A stretch of DNA of 64,000 nt from Antedon mediterranea. Its lineage: Eukaryota; Animalia; Echinodermata. Positions 36,346 through 48,874 of this stretch are shown here, one piece after another (positions within the stretch are counted from its first letter, which is position 1; each line of letters opens with the position of its first letter). The position numbers were made by a program, and so were the translations under genes. The stretch is from NCBI RefSeq assembly GCF_964355755.1, contig NC_092673.1, positions 16,588,948 through 16,652,947 on the forward strand, read 5' to 3'. The notes under the pieces were generated by a model. That model saw nothing but the letters and a program-made list of their open reading frames with translations, did no database searches and was not told the origin of the DNA.

Positions 36346-36748
36346 ATGCAATCTGTTTCCCGTATAGTGGCGAGAAGACCTAACAATTACCTGATTTCAG
36401 CTATACTCGTGACTTTATTATGCTGTATTCCATTCGGTATTATAGGAATCGTGTACAGCGTAGATGTAAGTAATCTATTTCCTCTACAACCTCATCCCAT
36501 CACCACTTTTTTTTAAATTTTTTTAATCTATTTTAGTTTCTATTCTTTTACTTTTACAGAGTTCGAGAAAGTTCGACTACGGTGACAGTGAGGGTGCAGC
36601 CAGATCAGCACGATCGGCAAAGAGATGGTCTATTGCAGGATTGCTGTTTGGAATCATCATCATCGTCGTCGTTTGCATCATATGGACCTTGAACTCAAGT
36701 CTACCTAATCATTCCACTCACCCTCCTTCGTTACAAGACATCATGTGA
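36346..36748 (+). CDS. Second intact copy of the CD225/IFITM-like gene (exons 36346-36465, 36560-36748)
   Basis: Sequence, splice sites and stop match copy 1. Confidence 0.85.
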
Positions 36749-38329
36749 TTCAAGCGAGAGGCAGTTGAAAACATTTGTATTTGATAATACATATATAACA
36801 GCGTTGTTGTTGTTGAATGATTATGTTTTTTTTTTTTTCAAAAATAAATAATATGTGCATATAAATAATTTTTTTCTGTCTTGCATTTTGGTACACGCAT
36901 TGTAATAATGTAATGATTTTGTTGTGGTAGTTTTTTTTTTCTAAAGAATTATCGAACGAATGCTAAATGACCAAGTTTAATGCGTTTACAATAAAATACA
37001 TGCACTGTCCTTGGTGCGTGGGTATTGAAGAATAGTTTTGTCATAAAACTGTTAAAGATCATTTCATACATCGAATGAATGCAATTGTCTTAAACGGCAA
37101 GTTAGATATTATAACGCGCCTCCTATAATGCGCACCTTTGGCAACTGTATCGGTATTGAAAATGTTTTGGCATCGTTTGCCATCGTATAATGAACCTTGG
37201 TATCAAGTTCTAAACCAATTTCAACTCACCCTCCTTCGTTAAAAGATTATCATGTGATTGAGAGCGGTAGAGGTAATGAATTACTATTTCCTAATTTTAT
37301 ATACTGTAACATCTAAATGAACATTCTAGAATGTGTTTAGATTTTAAGAAACCGTGTATAATAATTATTATAAAAACATTCCAAAAGTATCTATTATTTT
37401 TGTTCTAAAGAATTATCGAACGAATGATTGATGATGACCAAGTTGAATGCGTTTACAATAAGAGATATACACTGTCCTCCTTTGTGCTGGGTGTATTGAA
37501 GAATAATTTTCTCATAAAACGGTTAAAGGGTCATTTCATATATCGACCAAATGCAAACGGGTACCAGTTTTCTGTCTCTTTTTTGTTCTAAAGAATTATC
37601 GATGACAGATGACCAAGTTGAATGCGTTTACAATAACAGCCACGCACTGTCCTCTTTGGTGCGCGTGTATTGAAGAATAATTTTCTCATAAAACTGTTAA
37701 AAGGGTCATTTCATACATCCAATGAATGCAAACGGGTACCAGTTTTCTGTCTCTTTTTTGTTCTAAACAATGATGACAGATGACCAAGTTGAAAGCGTTT
37801 ACAATAAGAGACATGCATTGTCCATTGGTGCGGGAGTATTGAAGAATGGTTTTGTCATACAACTGTTAAAGGGTCATTTCATACATCGAACCAATGCAAT
37901 TGTCTTAAACGGCAAGTTAGATAATATATCTCGCCTATAATGCGTGCCTCTGTCACTCGGTATTGAATATGTTTAACCGTCATCATAAAATTTTCCAACA
38001 TTATACAGTAACATGTACATGGACATTCTAGAATGTGTTTAGATTTTAAGAAACCGTGTATAATAATTATTATAAGAACAATCAGAAACATTCCAAAAGT
38101 ATGATTAGAAACTGTAATACCAATAGAGTAAGAAGTATCATCTAAAAGGTTACGAACATATCGTATACAAGAAGAGGGAACGGGTAGTGTTCTCTCTCCG
38201 TTTGGGTGAACTGAATGCTTGAAAACATTGACTCGCGCTGTTTCCTGAAGTATGCTATCATTAGAAACTGTAATCGAATAGAATAAGAAGTATGATCTGG
38301 AAAGTTATAAACATTATTGTATATATACA

Positions 38330-41300
38330 ACAGGCGACGAATGCACGGCATGTTATGCCTCTTATTGATTGCACGACCTTATCAGTTCATTCGGTAAAGA
38401 GACGGTGTATGTATCTACATGAACATTCTAGAATAAGAGTGTGTTTGGATTTAAGAAACCATGTATAATAATTATACAACACGCGATGAATGCACGGCAT
38501 GTTATGCATGTTACTGATTGCGCGGCCTTCCTTATCAGCTCGATTGGTAAGGAGACGGTGTATTGCTTCTTCTCGAAGTAAAAAAAAAAAAAAGATTTTC
38601 ATCCGTTCTCTCGATATACAACCCACGACAAATGCACGGCATGTTATGCCTCTTATTGATTGCACGACCTTATCAGTTAGTTCGGTAAAGAGACGGTGTA
38701 TGTATCTACATGAACATTCTAGAATAAGAGTGTTTTTGGATTTAAGAAACCATGTATAATAATTATACAACACGCGATGAATGCACGGCATGTTATGCCT
38801 GTTACTGATTGCGCGGCCTTATCAGCTCATTCGGTAAAGAGACGGTGTATTGCTTCTTCTCGAAGTAAAAAAAAAAAAAAAATATTTTCATTTGTTCTCT
38901 CGATATACAACACACGACGAATGCACGGCATGTTATGCCTCTTATTGATTGCACGACCTTATCAGTTCATTCGGTAAAGAGACGGTGTATGTATCTACAT
39001 GAACATTCTAGAATAAGAGTGTGTTTGGATTTAAGAAACCATGTATAATAATTATACAACACGCGATGAATGCACGGCATGTTATGCCTGTTACTGATTG
39101 CGCGGCCTTATCAGCTCATTCGGTAAAGAGACGGTGTATTGCTTATTCTCGAAGTAAACAATATTTTCATTTGTTCTCTCGATATACAACACACGACGAA
39201 TGCACGGCATGTTATGCCTGTTACTGATTGCGCGACCGTATCAACTCGATCGGTAAAGAGAGGGTGTATTGCTTCTTCTCGAAGTAAACAATATTTTCAT
39301 TTGTTCTCTCGGTATTCAACACGCGATGAATGCACGGCATGTTATGCCTCTTATTGATTGCACGACCGTATCAGTTCATTCGGTAAAGAGACGGTGTATG
39401 TATCTACATGAACATTCTAGAATAAGAGTGTGTTTGGATTTAAGAAACCATGTAGGCCTATAATAATTAATATAAGAACAATCAGGACCATTCCTGAAGT
39501 ATGCTATCATTAGAAACTGTAATCGAATAGAATAAGAAGTTTGATCTGGAAAGTTATAAACATTATTGTATATATACAACAGGCGACGAATGCACGGCAT
39601 GTTATGCCTCTTATTGATTGCACGATCGACCTTATCAGTTCATTCGGTAAAGAGACGGTGTATGTATCTACATGAACATTCTAGAATAAGAGTGTGTTTG
39701 TATTTAAGAAACCATGTATAATAATTATACAACACGCGATGAATGCACGGCATGTTATGCCTGTTATTCATTGCGCGACCGTATCAACTCGATCGGAAAA
39801 GAGACGGTGTATTGCTTATTCTGGAAGTAAAAAAAAAAATATTTTCATTTGTTCTCTCGGTATACAACACGCGATGAATGCACGGCATGTTATGCCTCTT
39901 ATTGATTGCACGACCGTATCAGTTAGTTCGGTAAAGAGACGGTGTATGTATCTACATGAACATTCTAGAATAAGAGTGTGTTTGGATTTAAGAAACCATG
40001 TATAATAATTATACAACACGCGATGAATGCACGGCATGTTATGCCTGTTATTCATTGCGCGACCGTATCAACTCGATCGGTAAAGAGACGGTGTATTGCT
40101 TATTCTCGAAGTAAAAAAAAAAATGTTCATTTGTTCTCTCGATATACAACCCACGACAAATGCACGGCATGTTATGCCTCTTATTGATTGCACGACCTTA
40201 TCAGTTAGTTCGGTAAGGAGACGGTATATGTATCTACATGAACATTCTAGAATAAGAGTGTGTTTGGATTTAAGAAACCATGTATAATAATTATACAACA
40301 CGCGATGAATGCACGGCATGTTATGCCTGTTACAGATTGCGCGGCCTTATCAGCTCATTCGGTAAAGAGACGGTGTATTGCTTATTCTCGAAGTAAACAA
40401 TATTTTCATTTGTTCTCTCGATATACAACACACGACGAATGCACGGCATGTTATGCCTGTTACTGATTGCGCGACCGTATCAACTCGATCGGTAAAGAGA
40501 GGGTGTATTGCTTCTTCTCGAAGTAAACAATATTTTCATTTGTTCTCTCGGTATTCAACACGCGATGAATGCACGGCATGTTATGCCTCTTATTGATTGC
40601 ACGACCGTATCAGTTCATTCGGTAAAGAGACGGTGTATGTATCTACATGAACATTCTAGAATAAGAGTGTGTTTGGATTTAAGAAACCATGTATAATAAT
40701 TATACAACACGCGATGAATGCACGGCATGTTATGCATGTTACTGATTGCGCGGCCTTATCAGCTCATTCGGTAAAGAGACGGTGTATTGCTTATTCTCGA
40801 AGTAAAAAAAAAAAAGATTTTCATCCGTTCTCTCGATATACAACCCACGACAAATGCACGGCATGTTATACCTCTTATTGATTGCACGACCTTATCAGTT
40901 CATTCGGTAAAGAGACGGTGTATGTATCTACATGAACATTCTAGAATAAGAGTGTGTTTGGATTTAAGAAACCATGTATAATAATTATACAACACGCGAT
41001 GAATGCACGGCATGTTATGCATGTTACTGATTGCGCGACCGTATCAACTCGATCGGTAAAGAGACGGTGTTATTGCTTATTCTCGAAGTAAAAAAAAAAA
41101 TATTTTCATTTGTTCTCTCGGTATACAACACGCGATGAATGCACGGCATGTTATACCTCTTATTGATTGCACAACCGTATCAACTCGATCGGTAAAGAGA
41201 CGGTGTATGTATCTACATGAACATTCTGGAATAAGAGTGTGTTTGGATTTAAGAAACCATGTATAATAATTATACAACACGCGATGAATGCACGGCATGT

Positions 41301-43960
41301 TATGCCTGTTACTGATTGCGCGGCCTTATCAGCTCATTCGGTAAAGAGACGGTGTATTGCTTCTTCTCGAAGTAAAAAAAAAAAAAAAGATTTTCATCCG
41401 TTCTCTCGATATACAACACACGACGAATGCACGGCATGTTATGCCTCTTATTGATTACACGACCTTATCAGTTCATTCGGTAAAGAGACGGTGTATGTAT
41501 CTACATGAACATTCTAGAATAAGAGTGTGTTTGGATTTAAGAAACCATGTATAATAATTATACAACACGCGATGAATGCACGGCATGTTATGCCTGTTAC
41601 TGATTGCGCGGCCTTATCAGCTCATCCGGTAATGAGACGGTGTATTGCTTCTTCTCGAAGTAAAAAAAAAAAAAGATTTTCATCCGTTCTCTCGATATAC
41701 AACAGGCGACGAATGCACGGCATGTTATGCCTCTTATTGATTGCACGACCTTATCAGTTCGTTCGGTAAAGAGACGGTGTATGTATCTACATGAACATTC
41801 TAGAATAAGAGTGTGTTTGGATTTAAGAAACCATGTATAATAATTATACAACACGCGATGAATGCACGGCATGTTATGCATGTTACTGATTGCGCGGCCT
41901 TCCTTATCAGTTCCATTGGCAAGGAGACGGTGTATTGCTTTTTCTCGAAGTAAAAAAAAAAAAAAGATTTTCATCCGTTCTCTCGATATACAATACACGA
42001 CAAATGCACGGCATGTTATGCCTCTTATTGATTACACGACCTTATCAGTTCATTCGGTAAAGAGACGGTGTATGTATCTACATGAACATTCTAGAATAAG
42101 AGTGTGTTTGGATTTAAGAAACCATGTATAATAATTATACAACACGCGATGAATGCACGGCATGTTATGCCTGTTACTGATTGCACGGCCTTATCAGCTC
42201 ATTCGGTAAAGAGACGGTGTATTGCTTATTCTCGAAGTAAACAATATTTTCATTTGTTCTCTCGATATACAACAGGCGACGAATGCACGGCATGTTATGC
42301 CTCTTATTGATTGCACGACCTTATCAGTTCATTCGGTAAAGAGACGGTGTATGTATCTACATGAACATTCTAGAATAAGAGTGTGTTTGGATTTAAGAAA
42401 CCATGTATAATAATTATACAACACGCGATGAATGCACGGCATGTTATGCATGTTACTGATTGCGCGGCCTTCCTTATCAGCTCCATTGGTAAGGAGACGG
42501 TGTATTGCTTCTTCTCGAAGTAAAAAAAAAAAAAAAAAATATTTTCATCCGTTCTCTCGATATACAACACATGACGTATGCACGGCATGTTATGCCTCTT
42601 ATTGATTGCACGACCTTATCAGTTAGTTCGGTAAAGAGACGGTGTATGTATCTACATGAACATTATAGAATAAGAGTGTGTTTGGATTTAAGAAACCATG
42701 TATAGGCCTAATAATTATACAACACGCGATGAATGCACGGCATGTTATGCCTGTTACTGATTGCACGGCCTTATCAATTCGATCGGTAAAGAGACGGTGT
42801 ATTGCTTATTCTCGAAGTAAACAATATTTTCATTTGTTCTCTCGGTATACAACACGCGATGAATGCACGGCATGTTATGCCTCTTATTGATTGCACGACC
42901 GTATCAACTCGATCGGTAAAGAGACGGTGTATGTATCTACATGAACATTCTAGAATAAGAGTGTGTTTGGATTTAAGAAACCATGTAGGCCTATAATAAT
43001 TAATATAAGAACAATCAGGACCATTCCTGAAGTATGCTATCATTAGAAACTGTAATCGAATAGAATAAGAAGTATGATCTGGAAAGTTATAAACATTATT
43101 GTATATATACAACAGGCGACGAATGCACGGCATGTTATGCCTCTTATTGATTGCACGACCTTATCAGTTCATTCGGTAAAGAGACGGTGTATGTATCTAC
43201 ATGAACATTCTAGAATAAGAGTGTGTTTGGTTTTAAGAAACCATGTCTAATAATTATACAACACGCGATGAATGCACGGCATGTTATGCATGTTACTGAT
43301 TGCGCGGCCTTCCTTATCAGCTCCATTGGTAAGGAGACGGTGTATTGCTTCTTCTCGAAGTAAAAAAAAAAAAAAGATTTTCATCCGTTCTCTCGATATA
43401 CAATCCACGACAAATGCACGGCATGTTATGCCTCTTATTGATTGCACGACCTTATCAGTTCATTCGGTAAAGAGACGGTGTATGTATCTACATGAACATT
43501 CTAGAATAAGAGTGTGTTTGGATTTAAGAAACCATGTATAATAATTATACAACACGCGATGAATGCACGGCATGTTATGCCTGTTACTGATTGCGCGGCC
43601 TTATCAGCTCGATCGGTAAAGAGACGGTGTGTTGCTTATTCTCGAAGTAAACAATATTTTCATTTGTTCTCTCGATATACAACACACGACGAATGCACGG
43701 CATGTTATGCCTGTTACTGATTGCACGACCTTATCAGCTCATTCGGTAAAGAGACGGTGTATTGCTTATTCTCGAAGTAAACAATATTTTCATTTGTTCT
43801 CTCGATATACAACGCACGACGAATGCACGGCATGTTATGCCTCTTATTGATTGCACGACCTTATCAGTTCATTCGGTAAAGAGACGGTGTATGTATTTAC
43901 ATGAACATTCTAGAATAAGAGTGTGTTTGGATTTAAGAAACCATGTATAATAATTAATAT
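38330..43960. repeat. Complex satellite: ~290-bp higher-order unit of two related ~130-160 bp subunits
   Basis: Every subunit shares GAATGCACGGCATGTTATGC and GGTAAAGAGACGGTGTAT. Subunits continue either GTATCTACATGAACATTCTAG... or TGCTT(C/A)TTCTCGAAGTAAA(A)n... A longer spacer-type segment recurs at ~39460, ~42990 and ~43950. Confidence 0.95.
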
Positions 43961-44397
43961 AAGAACAATCAGGATCATTCCTGAAGTATGCTATCATTAG
44001 AAACTGTAATCGAATAGAAAAAGAAGTATGATCTGGAAAGTTATAAACGTTATTGTATATAAGGGGGAAATATGTTCTCTCTTTTTGAAAACATTGACGC
44101 ACGCTGTCATTAGGCGTCAAAGTAAAGCTTTTATTTTTTTTTCTAAAACATTATCGAACGAATTCTAGATGGCCAAGTTGCTTGCGCGCTATCCTTCTTG
44201 TTGTGAACGTGAACTTTTAGAAACGAAATTTTTTTACAATAACAGTACACGTTGTTCTCGGTTAAAGTTGTTTTCTTTTTTTAATAAACTCTTTTCAAAA
44301 CAAAACTAATATAGATCGTCGAATGCTATGATTTATTATTGAAGAAACGTACTCTACCGTACACCTTTTATAAATACGAATGCTATAGTTTTGACTT

Positions 44398-45021
44398 TCA
44401 TTGCCATAGACTGATTTTGTTTTTTAAGTCGATTCTTCCACTTTTTTCCAATGCATTCATTAATGATTGCAGTTTGTCTGATTTTTGGCAGCATGAATCT
44501 CTCTTGCGCCATATAACAAGCATTTCTTGATTACGTTCCCGACTACAAATGTAATGAGCCTGACGTAAATCTTGTTGTTGAGCGAGTGAAATTCCTAAAT
44601 ATGTTGCTATCATTGACCAATCATTGCCCAGCTCTCTTGCCAACTCGGAAATACGCAGATCTGTGAGTGGTCCAAAGTCTTCACCTGAAACACACACAAA
44701 AAAAAATTAAAAAAAATAAGCTATTATAAATTTTTTATTTATTTATTTTTTTAAATTTTTTAATTTTTGTCATTTCTCAAGAATCATAATACCTTCGGTG
44801 AGCGTTTCACTCTGATCGTTGTTTTCATACACTATCTTTAATTCATCGTTGAAATGCGCTGACCGAGCACGTTTCAATGCTGAATATGACTCCTCGGCAA
44901 CATGCCTTTTAAAATTGTTCAACTTGGCATCAAAACCATCAGATACCTGGTTAATGTACAAGTTTTTGGCTTTAGACGTAGCATACCCCTGGTCTCCAAT
45001 TAAGCCCTGTTCTGAATCCAT
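44398..45021 (-). CDS. Death-domain protein, 2 exons (45021-44793, 44684-44398), 171 aa, possibly FADD-like
   Basis: Exon 2 LTDLRISELARELGNDWSMIATYLGIS...NQEMLVIWRKR...LQSLMNALEKSGRIDL is a classic death domain. A phase-1 GT...TTTCAG intron at 44792-44685 joins the two ORFs in frame. Confidence 0.85.
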
Positions 45022-45046
45022 AACCAAACTTATGAAACGTGTGTGG

Positions 45047-45077
<31 letters not shown>

Positions 45078-45257
45078 CAAATTAATAATACACCAGCTGC
45101 ACAGGCTCATTTACATAACATAGCGGTCATCACAAACGCAAATCCTAGACCGGAACCGTACAAACGGGATTGTTGACAGAGAATCATTCCGGTACTATAA
45201 ATTGATGTGCGTATAAACGAGAAAGTCACTTCAAAAAAAGAAATATTGTTGAACAAG

Positions 45258-45590
45258 ATGTTAAAGAGAAACGGTGGTTTTGATGTTGATAAATTGATCG
45301 TTTTGGCCAAAAATTATTTGGAAAACGAGGAAAAAGTTGAACGTGAATATCCGGAAACATTTAGCAACGCAGAATTGAAAACTGAAATCAAGAATCAAGT
45401 TGATAAGGTGAAATGTCGCAGCGCCAAGTCATTACACGATCTGCTCGTGGGCATGTTTGAAGACGGCCACGTGAATGAGGGCCGCATTATTGTCACACTT
45501 CACGTTGCACGTGAATTTGCTAGTTCCAGTAAAAACAAGGAGGAATATTCTGAAACGTTAACCACATTTCTTAAGCAGTTATTGAAGTGA
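45258..45590 (+). CDS. Minimal Bcl-2-like protein (~110 aa)
   Basis: BH1-like GMFEDGHVNEGRIIVTLHVA (cf. ELFRDGVNWGRIVAFFEF), preceded by VEREYPETFS (cf. FSRRYRRDFA/VEKNLKSCL region). No BH2 or TM tail is visible. Confidence 0.7.
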   Translation: MLKRNGGFDVDKLIVLAKNYLENEEKVEREYPETFSNAELKTEIKNQVDKVKCRSAKSLHDLLVGMFEDGHVNEGRIIVTLHVAREFASSSKNKEEYSETLTTFLKQLLK

Positions 45591-45643
45591 GTAATATTAG
45601 CGATCATATTGTGTGTGTGCGTGCGTGTTGCTGTAGTATTGCG

Positions 45644-47797
45644 ATGGCGTCCAGACGCAGGCACGGTTCTAATGAACGTCACGAAGACAGTAAGAAAGTA
45701 AGAAAACTTGATACTGTGTGGATATCATCTGATGATGAAGATGATGATGATGATGGACCTTCAACGTTAGCAAAATCTGCTACCGTAACACCTTTAAATT
45801 ATGAAATATTTCAACGGCCGCCGAATAACGTGCCCGAAATTGATTCGGAGACTGAAGTTCAACCGGAGCAGCAGCAGCATGCAGGTGATGTATACGACGA
45901 CGGGTTTTTGGAACGTGATACCGATTCGTCGTACAGAGTACAACACGACGACTCAAAAAATAAGATAAGAAATCTTCATTTTGTAAAAGATAAAGTAAGC
46001 GGCAACATTTGGTATAAAGTACCGAAATGGTTGGACGCAAACGCCGTAAACAACTTTACCAAAAGAAATGAACCGTTTACAATTGAAAACATCGTTTCGT
46101 TTACAAAACTGTCTGTGTACTTGAACAATACAATTGCTCTGGATAAAATCAAGCAAATGCTCATAAACACAGGCATTGTATTCCCAAAAATCTCAACGGA
46201 TACAATTGAAACAATTTCGAAAGAAGCGACAGTAATGTTTTTTGATCCGATTAGAACTGCAGTTGTACTCCAATTGATTCACGCGACAATCCAACGGGAA
46301 AAAGCATACGCAATATCGAGTGTCATTGCCGATTCGTTGATTTTCTGGGCACCGCTCATTCACGATTTGTTTGTTAAGAAACCAGATTTGATTTCCATGT
46401 GGATGTCTCAGATTCCGCCATGTTTCTTTGACAAATTACTGAGTCGAAACGCTCGCAAAAGCGGTTACAATGCAGACGTGAATCGGTTAGTGACCGTATG
46501 GGTTGCATCATTGCCCGACAACAAGATCAACGCGACAAGCATGGGCATTCTTCTCGACTCGTCCGTATTCTCGCCGTATAGAATGAACGAACACAACAAC
46601 AACGTCGTCGTCGATGATTTACGAACCACCGACAGAATCAAGACGCTCTTGAAAATGTCTGCTCGACCACCGGAACGTCAACTTGCCTGTCAGGACACAC
46701 CGAACGCATCTGTTTTTACCGTTCTTTCTTCCGGTGACGTGTACATGAATCATGCGTTCACAGGTACAACCATACTTGTCATTCGACCATTGTTTCATGA
46801 CGTAACAATAAAGGGCGTTTTAAGTTGCACGAGTAACAAGAACACACTGTACGCCGTCTTTGAAACAGATTTTCAAGTGTACGAGTGCACCAGAGAAACC
46901 CTGAACAAGGGCGGTATAGCAGAATGGACTAAAATTGGCGAAATGCCTGTCGTTTGCCGGCATCGTTGTGGAATGCAAATGTTTTGTTTTCTGGATAGAT
47001 TGCTAGTGTTTGTTGGTGGTAGATTCGAAACCGGCGCACCGACTGACATGTTAGACTTTCTAGGAACCGACATGAGTAGATGCGATACTGAAAAATATGG
47101 ATTCGTGTATGACACGATACGAAAAGAGTGGTTTGCTTTCAATACGACGTATCGTTATTACTCGAGTAAATGGTGCAAAGGAAACGAGTCAAACGGTGAA
47201 ATCGAACTGTTCACTATCGGCAACGTCATGTGCACTAGAGCTGAGCCTAAAACGGTTGTTTCTAAGCTTTCAATAATCTCGAGCCAATTGATGGCCGACG
47301 TTGACATTCCGAACAGAATACTTCCGTCTCGTTTCGTTGATAATTTTGCCAAATCATACATTCGACACTTGGACAAAAACACGTCGCTTATACACGACAG
47401 TGGACACATTTTTGTTGTCAACAATGAACATGTTTTTAAACGTAATGAAAAACACGGCCCGTGGTTCAGGCAAAAAGTCAGATCAACCGTAAAGTTTCCT
47501 TTTATTTACGACGTATTAGACGGAATACCACGCATGATTGGCGGTTACAACCCGGCAACAAGGTCTTGGCATTCTATGGCTCCAACCAAATTGAACAGGT
47601 TCGTAAAATTTGAAAACGCCGGACCTCGTCCTCCGTCACACGTCATATCAGCGTCTATACGAAGTGGATTCTCAAAACATTTTCATCACGTTTGCATGCC
47701 CGTTACAGAACATAATGAGACAAGACATTGGCCTTTGTTTTCGTTGGTATCGCTTTACATCAGAACCAATTGTGACGCATGGATACAGAGGCGTTGA
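45644..47797 (+). CDS. Protein with degenerate kelch-like beta-propeller C-terminus (~717 aa)
   Basis: Kelch-type motifs LLVFVGGR...GFVYDTIRKEW, EWTKIGEMPV, RMIGGYNPATRSWHSMAP. N-terminal basic and acidic tracts. Confidence 0.6.
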   Translation: MASRRRHGSNERHEDSKKVRKLDTVWISSDDEDDDDDGPSTLAKSATVTPLNYEIFQRPPNNVPEIDSETEVQPEQQQHAGDVYDDGFLERDTDSSYRVQHDDSKNKIRNLHFVKDKVSGNIWYKVPKWLDANAVNNFTKRNEPFTIENIVSFTKLSVYLNNTIALDKIKQMLINTGIVFPKISTDTIETISKEATVMFFDPIRTAVVLQLIHATIQREKAYAISSVIADSLIFWAPLIHDLFVKKPDLISMWMSQIPPCFFDKLLSRNARKSGYNADVNRLVTVWVASLPDNKINATSMGILLDSSVFSPYRMNEHNNNVVVDDLRTTDRIKTLLKMSARPPERQLACQDTPNASVFTVLSSGDVYMNHAFTGTTILVIRPLFHDVTIKGVLSCTSNKNTLYAVFETDFQVYECTRETLNKGGIAEWTKIGEMPVVCRHRCGMQMFCFLDRLLVFVGGRFETGAPTDMLDFLGTDMSRCDTEKYGFVYDTIRKEWFAFNTTYRYYSSKWCKGNESNGEIELFTIGNVMCTRAEPKTVVSKLSIISSQLMADVDIPNRILPSRFVDNFAKSYIRHLDKNTSLIHDSGHIFVVNNEHVFKRNEKHGPWFRQKVRSTVKFPFIYDVLDGIPRMIGGYNPATRSWHSMAPTKLNRFVKFENAGPRPPSHVISASIRSGFSKHFHHVCMPVTEHNETRHWPLFSLVSLYIRTNCDAWIQRR

Positions 47798-48294
47798 AAC
47801 ACATTTTACTACTACTACTCATACTACTACTACTACTTTACCACCATCGTTGTGTAATGTGCATCGATGAACGTCCGGACTTGTTAATTGGATCGGTGTA
47901 CGTTGACAGAGTATCGCCGTTTCTATATCACGACGCATGCATTAGAGAGAGCGAAAAATATGCGTGCATTGACATCATCGAAGACGGTACTCATATTGTT
48001 ACGTGTTGTGATGAATGCGGTCGATGGGACGGTATGAAATATTCTTTAGAAACGTGTAGCCTAAACCGATCGGCTGATGATCAATGGCTTCTCGTACCGG
48101 ACAATGATGGATGCGATCTGTTTGGTTCTCATTGCTTTTTTCCATTAGGTGAAAACGTGGGAAGGTGCGTTCCCGCTCTGTTTGGTTATCCAGAAACTAT
48201 TCCCGTATCGGATGAGTGCTTTCAACGATGTAATGTAGACGCGGCAGTATATGAGCCGATGTCGATAGAAATCTTGTGCGTATGCGACATTTAA
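47779..48294 (+). CDS. Secreted/anchored Cys-rich protein (171 aa)
   Basis: Poly-Leu signal/anchor and more than 12 Cys. Start overlaps the upstream gene's end. Confidence 0.7.
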   Translation: MDTEALKHILLLLLILLLLLYHHRCVMCIDERPDLLIGSVYVDRVSPFLYHDACIRESEKYACIDIIEDGTHIVTCCDECGRWDGMKYSLETCSLNRSADDQWLLVPDNDGCDLFGSHCFFPLGENVGRCVPALFGYPETIPVSDECFQRCNVDAAVYEPMSIEILCVCDI

Positions 48295-48874
48295 AAATTG
48301 TATATATACAGCACCAAACTTTAACTGCAATGCAACTATGTTATCTACATTGCTACATTAAGTAAATTGAAAAAAAAAAGGGGGGGGGGAGGAGAGGTTG
48401 GGGGTTTTTACGTAATAAGCTGTGTTTATCAGTTGATTTTATTTTGTACAATTTTACTATATCTTGTTTTGTATTCATTTGTGTAAAGTAATGATCTACT
48501 GTATGTATCGATGTAAATTGAGGGGGGGGGGAGGGGTAGGATAGTTGCTTTTGCCTTTTTTTACTTTTCTGTTAATTGTTATATTTTATATTGTGAAGGA
48601 TGCACCTTTGTGCTAAGTGTGCTAAAGATCTAAAGGTGTAATTCCAAATAAATAAATGCAAAACTTTTTGTATGTAATTCACTTTTATTTTAATGTTGTC
48701 ACTTTCTTATGGATTAATAAAAGAAAATAAATTTGATACAGCACATTTTTTTGTTTTTGTTTTTCTCTCTCTCTATCTCTCTCTCTCACTCATCTCGCTC
48801 TTATAGAAACTGATGTTAAGCATTACTAATGCGTTTTCCACATCTCCCCCCCCCCCCCGCGCGCGCGTCTATAT

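Larger units (their letters stand above)
33940..38380. repeat. Segmental duplicate of ~26590-31420 (coiled-coil gene + CD225 gene block)
   Basis: Near-identical sequence; the CD225 gene is offset by exactly 6852 nt. Confidence 0.9.

Noticed and set aside
30913-44120. Dozens of 60-160 aa ORFs (MPCIHR..., MFGFKK...)
   Set aside because: These are translations of satellite and duplicated non-coding units on both strands, with no stable frame.
48595-48660. Stem-loop CACCTTT...AAAGGTG followed by AATAAA as a retroelement 3' end
   Set aside because: No associated coding remnant or TSD; it may simply be the 3' UTR/poly(A) region of the upstream genes.
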